64,000 nucleotides of DNA from an uncultured Clostridia bacterium (GTDB taxonomy: Bacteria; Bacillota; Clostridia; Christensenellales; UBA3700). Below, one piece after another: positions 59,181 through 64,000 of this stretch (positions are counted from its first letter, which is position 1; each line of letters opens with the position of its first letter). Where the stretch lies: positions 11,646-75,645 of the forward strand of contig CAOKSY010000006.1 of assembly GCA_948471525.1 (NCBI GenBank), given 5' to 3'. A program made the translations under genes and the position numbers. The notes beneath the pieces are model-generated. The model searched no databases and was not told where the DNA came from. It was given only the letters and a program-made list of their open reading frames with translations.

Positions 59181-60095
59181 TCACAGCATGCGCTTGGGCG
59201 CGAAATCCTTGCCGTACATCAATTCTATGTAGTCTTCTATGTCCTTTCTGCCGCCCTTGTAAGGTCCGGGAGCTTCCATTTTCGCAGACACGGTCGCAGT
59301 CGCCCAAAGCAGAGCCTCGGACATGCTCTTGCGCTGTCTCTCCGTGATATACGCCGCAAAAGTAGTATCGCCGCGTCCGCTTCTGCCCGACAGATTGCGC
59401 GCCTTTATCGGACAGGTGTACATCTGATTGCCGTCGTAAGCCAATACTTCAGCGGAATTGGTGATCACTACCTCTTTAGCGCCCCATTCATGCAGCATCT
59501 TCGCCGCGACGAATCTATCCGTCTGTCCCGTAAGTATCTCTGCCTCCGCCGTATCAGTCTTGAGATAATCTATATACGGCAAGATCTCCTTCTTATCTTT
59601 CCAGTCCTCGAAATACATTTCTCCCGTCCGTCTGTCGGCGTGGCGAAGCAACGCCTGCACGTCGACGGCTATCTTGCCCTTCTTTGACATATCTATCATC
59701 AGCTGCCCGTCGAAATCTCCGTATATCAATCCCGCAAAATGGTATACGTCACAGTCTACGTCGGGTATATCGGCGGCGGTAAAGGGATCGCCTTGACCTA
59801 TGCAGGTGCACGTCCTGCGCTCTTTGTCAGCCGTGTGATATTTGTTGCGTATCGAAGTGGATTCCTTGCTCGGGACGTAGAACACGTCTTCCTTATCAAT
59901 GACGAAAGTATCCAGTCTGTCCTTATCTTGAGGCGCGACTTTTGTCACTACTCCCACTTTGTATCCGCCCGCATAGGCAGACGCCGACGAATAGATCACC
60001 GCGCCGCCTACTTCTATTATCTGATGATCGAGATAATCTATATTGTAATCAAGCGATATGTGTCCTATAGTCAAAGTATCGTAATGTTTTTTCAT
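59181..60095 (-). CDS. PfkB family carbohydrate/nucleoside kinase
   Basis: 304 aa with an N-terminal GG dipeptide region (IIEVGGAVIY) and a C-terminal GRGDTTFAAY anion-hole motif. Confidence 0.85.
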   Translation of the reverse strand: MKKHYDTLTIGHISLDYNIDYLDHQIIEVGGAVIYSSASAYAGGYKVGVVTKVAPQDKDRLDTFVIDKEDVFYVPSKESTSIRNKYHTADKERRTCTCIGQGDPFTAADIPDVDCDVYHFAGLIYGDFDGQLMIDMSKKGKIAVDVQALLRHADRRTGEMYFEDWKDKKEILPYIDYLKTDTAEAEILTGQTDRFVAAKMLHEWGAKEVVITNSAEVLAYDGNQMYTCPIKARNLSGRSGRGDTTFAAYITERQRKSMSEALLWATATVSAKMEAPGPYKGGRKDIEDYIELMYGKDFAPKRML

Positions 60096-60149
60096 ATAAT
60101 TCTCCTTTGTCGAGTTTGTAATATATTTTGCGCATATACCGCGTATCCG

Positions 60150-63100
60150 TCAGTTCAATCCCACGTTGATATTGAGCGCGCCGACGCCGACGACCACACC
60201 GTCATTCTTACCGCTTACGTTGCCTATCGGGATAGCTGCAACCGATCCGTCGGATGAACTCATAGCATTGAAAAGTCTGCCGAGAGTCAGGCTTGTGCCC
60301 GATATAAGCGCGGTATCGAGAATCTGAGTCTTCACCTTATCCAAATTGCTCGGATCCGTAAAACTCGAAGCCCCGTCCGCGTTTGCGTTCATAAGTTTTG
60401 AAAGCGTGGCGATCTGCTCGTCGGAAAGCGCATTGTATACTATTTGCAACTCGTTGTCCGCGCTGTCCATATCGACAATCACCGTGATATAAACGCTCTC
60501 GGGCAACATCGTCATAGACGCGCCTATCGCCGCCTGCATCTTTGCTTCAAGCGTAAGCAGATAATAGTTGCGTCCGCCGTTCAGTCTTTCTCTTTGTCCG
60601 TCGACGTAGCCCAGCGACTTTCTCAACGCGTCGAAAGAACTCTCTCCCGCGCTTACCAACGCCGACTGTGCTACTCTAAGAGCGTTAGGATCGGACGAAG
60701 AAATGCCCATATTGGATCTGAGCGCATTCGCGTCTATCTTTGCGGATATATTTCCGTCGCCGATCGCGCCTGTAACTGTGCCTGCGCCCAAGTCTGTACA
60801 GAGGTTGTAATCCGCCGCCTGACTTTCGAGCGGAGTTACGGTGATATCCTTGCTTGCTCCAGTATAGCCGTGTAAATCAAGTCCCGCAAACAGCGATTCG
60901 AGAGTATCTTTTATACCCTGCGCGTTTACGCCGCTCTGCGCGCCTGCATTGATCTTGTCTGCCGCCACTTCATATATTCCGTCCATCACCATTCTGCCGC
61001 CCTTGTCTCCGTCAGTACGGAAGGTCAGTTCCATATTGTCGGTAAGAGACTTGAGCGTATTCTTGACGCTGTCGGAACACTGCGCGTTGGACTGATCCAG
61101 TCCGCCCGCTCCCGGAGCCTGCTGATCTCCGCCTATCTTTACGCGCACGGCATCCAATGCGGATACCTCGCTATGTCTTAGATCGTTGATGTTTATCTCG
61201 GTGCAGACGTCTTCGCCTACTAGCTTGGATATATCTATATTTACAAGCATAGCTATATCGCTTGGCAACAGCGCGGAATACTTGCCGCCCGACGACTTTA
61301 TCTTGCTTTTATACACCATCGTCATATCATTCTCATCGACGATATACAGTCCCAGCATCTGAGTATCCTGATATCCTTCGGCAGTTATCTTGACGCTGTT
61401 CTCCAAGAAATTGAGGAGTTCTCCTTCCAATACTTCGGGACGCATATTTTCCAAAGTCTTCTTTGTTCCGTCCGCAAAGTCGGAAGTGAGTTTTGCGCCG
61501 TCTATTGCATTGGCGTAATCGGAGACTTTGTTGCCTATATCGCTCAACACCGCAGTAAGATCGTCGGCATTGAGTTTGCTCGATTCGTTGAGCGCGTATT
61601 TCTCGTTTATTTCGTCGACTGCGTTCTTAGCGTCAAGTTTGTTGCTCTCGGTAAGACTTATGCTTTTGCCGTTCACTTCAACCGCGTCGGGCATATTGTT
61701 TACCTTACATATAGCGTTTCTGAAATCGATCTCGCTCGGTATCGAATCGTCTACGCTCTCGCCGTCCTTGACAATGCCTCTCGCGTCTGCGCCGTAAATA
61801 GAATTGAGAGCGACCTGATATACCGTCTGATCTATCCTAAATCCGCCGCCGTCAACAAACGTTACTGTGAATACGCTGTTGTGTATCTTATCCTTAAAGC
61901 CCTCTTCTCCCGCGATTACGTTGCCCGCGCCGTCTTTCTTGCCGTTGAGTTTTACCTCTATATCGGATATTATCTTATCCAAAGAATAAGTCTGCGACGG
62001 TTGCGGTTCCTGCGGCAGCTGATCGCCTTCGGGAGCTGATGAGGACGATTTTCCGTTTATTCTGTCGACAAGCATAAGCAAAAGCTGAAGTTCCTGATCC
62101 TTGCCTTCCGCCGCTCCGTCGCGATCGTAAGACACCGCGTTGACGTCCATATAGAATACGCTCATATCGCTGCGCAGTCCGTCGGACGTCACTTTGCCCA
62201 GATCCACTTTGACGTCGATATACAGATACTCGGGCAATAGCGAAGCCGCGTTTGCGTTGGAGATCGATCCCTTGCCCTTGATCTTAAGTTCTAGATAGTC
62301 GCTGTCGCCCGCGTTGTAATTTTTGGCAAACACAACTTTAGCGTCGCTCATAAAAGACAGGTTTTGAACAAAATTGACTTGAGTGCCGAGCAGATATCCC
62401 AACTCCTCTACCGAAAGCACGGGATTGAATTTCTCTGTTATCTCTGCCATTATACGATCGAGTTCCACTCCGTCCTCGCCTACGGAAGATATATCCGTCA
62501 CGTTAAACCTGGATTTAAGTCCGCGCGAAACGAGCGCGCCGCTCTCCGGATCGTAAATATCTTCGAGACGCACTTGCGACATATCGAAGTTTTCGCCTCC
62601 GATACTCATAAACGAATCGAGTATCGTATTATTGGTCATAGCCGTCCTGAGACGTTCTCTGTAAGAATCGCTGATAAAGTATTTGTCGTAAAGCTGATCG
62701 ATAAATCCTTCCATATTCTCGGCAGGCTGATAGCCGTCCGCGTTTTCGTCAAATGAATAGGTATAGAGATTTTTTAAAAGCATACGTATCTCGCCAGGAC
62801 TGAAATAATGATCGCCTTCGGCAAGATCGCCGTTGACGAGCGAATTGCCGCTTACGACCTCGTAAAGACTGGGCAGATACGCCCCTCTTTCGTCGAAAGT
62901 CAGCGCGCAGCCAATCTGTTCCTCCACCTTGGCAAGTCCCTGTTTGATACCGTCGTCGACTTTTTGACAAAGCGAAGAATAGTCGAGCGACGACACGTTC
63001 ATAGAGAAAGACTTGGCAATAGACATAAGCGTCTCGAGATGTTTTTGCGAATTTTGCACGCCGGCTTTATTTATTTCCACGGTGGTGGCTACGTCGAGAT

Positions 63101-64000
63101 TTTTATCCACGCAGATACCCGCCGTAACGAATATGCTCTGCGGTATAAGCTGGGATATGAGATGAGACATCGCGTCGTCCTTGTTCATACCGAGCATATG
63201 CGCAACGTCGACTTTTATATCTATATTGAGCAGCGATTTGGAAGGAACGTATGACATATTGACTATCTCCGCCTTGAGATCACCGAGCATCTGCTGAGAA
63301 TTCACGTACGTAGAAAGCATATTGGACATCGCCTGGAAAGTCGACGCTACTTTGAGTCTCTTCTCGTCGTATTCGCCCGAATAATCGATAGCTTTCAGAT
63401 CGACTTTGTTGAGCACGTCCTGTCCCTGCGCAAAATTCATTACGTCGGCGATAGTGTTCTCCGCGGTGATCTTGTTGTCGGAATTGTCAATGCCGTACTT
63501 GGAGCTTATCTCTCCGATAAATTCTTGGGTATCGCGCAACTTTATTTCAGGCGTAAATACGTCGAAGCCGAGCGACTGCTCTGTCGGGAGTTTGATATCC
63601 CTCAGCATATAGAGGAAAGCCTCTTCGCTCACTTCGATCTTCATTGTATTCATAAGCGTTTCTATAGGATACATATCCACGCTGCCGCTCGCGACAAACG
63701 CGAGAGGTATTTTGCTCTGCGCTTTCTCTATTACGTCCACTACCTTTGCGTTGACGTCGATAAGCATATCCGACAGCGACTTTCCCGCTCCCGATTTTTT
63801 CATTATTACGTCGGCGATGCGCACTACCTTATCCAATTCCGCCTCGCCCGCGGCGTTGAGCGCAACCTGTATTCCGCGCGCTCTGTCGCACGGATATACC
63901 GTAGCCGACGCGTAAATATTCTTGGGCATGACGCTCTTGAGGATAGCCGGCAGTTTTTTTGCGTCTACGATACCGCTCATCATATCTCTGAGTTTGACGT
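60150..64000 (-). CDS. Large protein of unknown function (over 1277 aa, 5' end outside the window) with four internal repeats
   Basis: The frame stays open to the window edge (..VKLRDMMSG). A recurring anchor reads LIPQSIFVTAGICVD / LLPEYLYIDVKVDLG / LLPSDIAMLVNIDIS / MLPESVYITVIVDMD. No TM segment is visible in the part present. Confidence 0.8.
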   Translation of the reverse strand, partial: VKLRDMMSGIVDAKKLPAILKSVMPKNIYASATVYPCDRARGIQVALNAAGEAELDKVVRIADVIMKKSGAGKSLSDMLIDVNAKVVDVIEKAQSKIPLAFVASGSVDMYPIETLMNTMKIEVSEEAFLYMLRDIKLPTEQSLGFDVFTPEIKLRDTQEFIGEISSKYGIDNSDNKITAENTIADVMNFAQGQDVLNKVDLKAIDYSGEYDEKRLKVASTFQAMSNMLSTYVNSQQMLGDLKAEIVNMSYVPSKSLLNIDIKVDVAHMLGMNKDDAMSHLISQLIPQSIFVTAGICVDKNLDVATTVEINKAGVQNSQKHLETLMSIAKSFSMNVSSLDYSSLCQKVDDGIKQGLAKVEEQIGCALTFDERGAYLPSLYEVVSGNSLVNGDLAEGDHYFSPGEIRMLLKNLYTYSFDENADGYQPAENMEGFIDQLYDKYFISDSYRERLRTAMTNNTILDSFMSIGGENFDMSQVRLEDIYDPESGALVSRGLKSRFNVTDISSVGEDGVELDRIMAEITEKFNPVLSVEELGYLLGTQVNFVQNLSFMSDAKVVFAKNYNAGDSDYLELKIKGKGSISNANAASLLPEYLYIDVKVDLGKVTSDGLRSDMSVFYMDVNAVSYDRDGAAEGKDQELQLLLMLVDRINGKSSSSAPEGDQLPQEPQPSQTYSLDKIISDIEVKLNGKKDGAGNVIAGEEGFKDKIHNSVFTVTFVDGGGFRIDQTVYQVALNSIYGADARGIVKDGESVDDSIPSEIDFRNAICKVNNMPDAVEVNGKSISLTESNKLDAKNAVDEINEKYALNESSKLNADDLTAVLSDIGNKVSDYANAIDGAKLTSDFADGTKKTLENMRPEVLEGELLNFLENSVKITAEGYQDTQMLGLYIVDENDMTMVYKSKIKSSGGKYSALLPSDIAMLVNIDISKLVGEDVCTEININDLRHSEVSALDAVRVKIGGDQQAPGAGGLDQSNAQCSDSVKNTLKSLTDNMELTFRTDGDKGGRMVMDGIYEVAADKINAGAQSGVNAQGIKDTLESLFAGLDLHGYTGASKDITVTPLESQAADYNLCTDLGAGTVTGAIGDGNISAKIDANALRSNMGISSSDPNALRVAQSALVSAGESSFDALRKSLGYVDGQRERLNGGRNYYLLTLEAKMQAAIGASMTMLPESVYITVIVDMDSADNELQIVYNALSDEQIATLSKLMNANADGASSFTDPSNLDKVKTQILDTALISGTSLTLGRLFNAMSSSDGSVAAIPIGNVSGKNDGVVVGVGALNINVGLN

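Overview
This 64-kb chromosomal window appears to come from a spore-forming Firmicutes/Clostridia-type genome. Supporting signs are sleB-ypeB, spoIIR, AGGAGG-type ribosome-binding sites and TTGACA-17-TAnAAT promoters. The genetic code is standard, with TGA, TAA and TAG all used as stops. About 35 genes are present, and nearly all are on the minus strand. Recognisable housekeeping genes are proS, a MATE exporter, feoA-feoB plus the FeoB-associated Cys-rich peptide, gdhA, a heterodimeric ABC exporter pair, rho, a prs-like kinase, an MBL hydrolase, citrate synthase, nfeD-floA, an RlmD-type methyltransferase, a TSCPD protein and a PfkB kinase. Five things stand out. (1) About 27 kb (over 40% of the window) encodes five very large envelope proteins of unknown function. 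These are two tandem collinear paralogues of 2910 and about 2700 aa built from MBG/YDG-type repeats with a C-terminal TM anchor, two paralogous lipoproteins of 1008 and 1259 aa, and a partial protein of over 1277 aa with four internal repeats. (2) The 1008-aa lipoprotein is translationally coupled to an OmpR-type response regulator and histidine kinase pair, and its 1259-aa paralogue lies immediately downstream, so this may be an undescribed envelope module. (3) A modular family of palindromic intergenic repeats occupies five intergenic regions, always just 3' of a minus-strand gene, and in two cases overlaps the stop codon. (4) A GtrA-like membrane protein carries a long acidic block followed by a histone-H1-like Ala/Lys tail. 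(5) A DUF2461 gene has an in-frame TGA at a conserved Trp and lacks a canonical start codon. I saw no rRNA, tRNA, CRISPR array, transposase, integrase or recognisable defence gene. All family assignments come from motif reading only, because no database search was possible.
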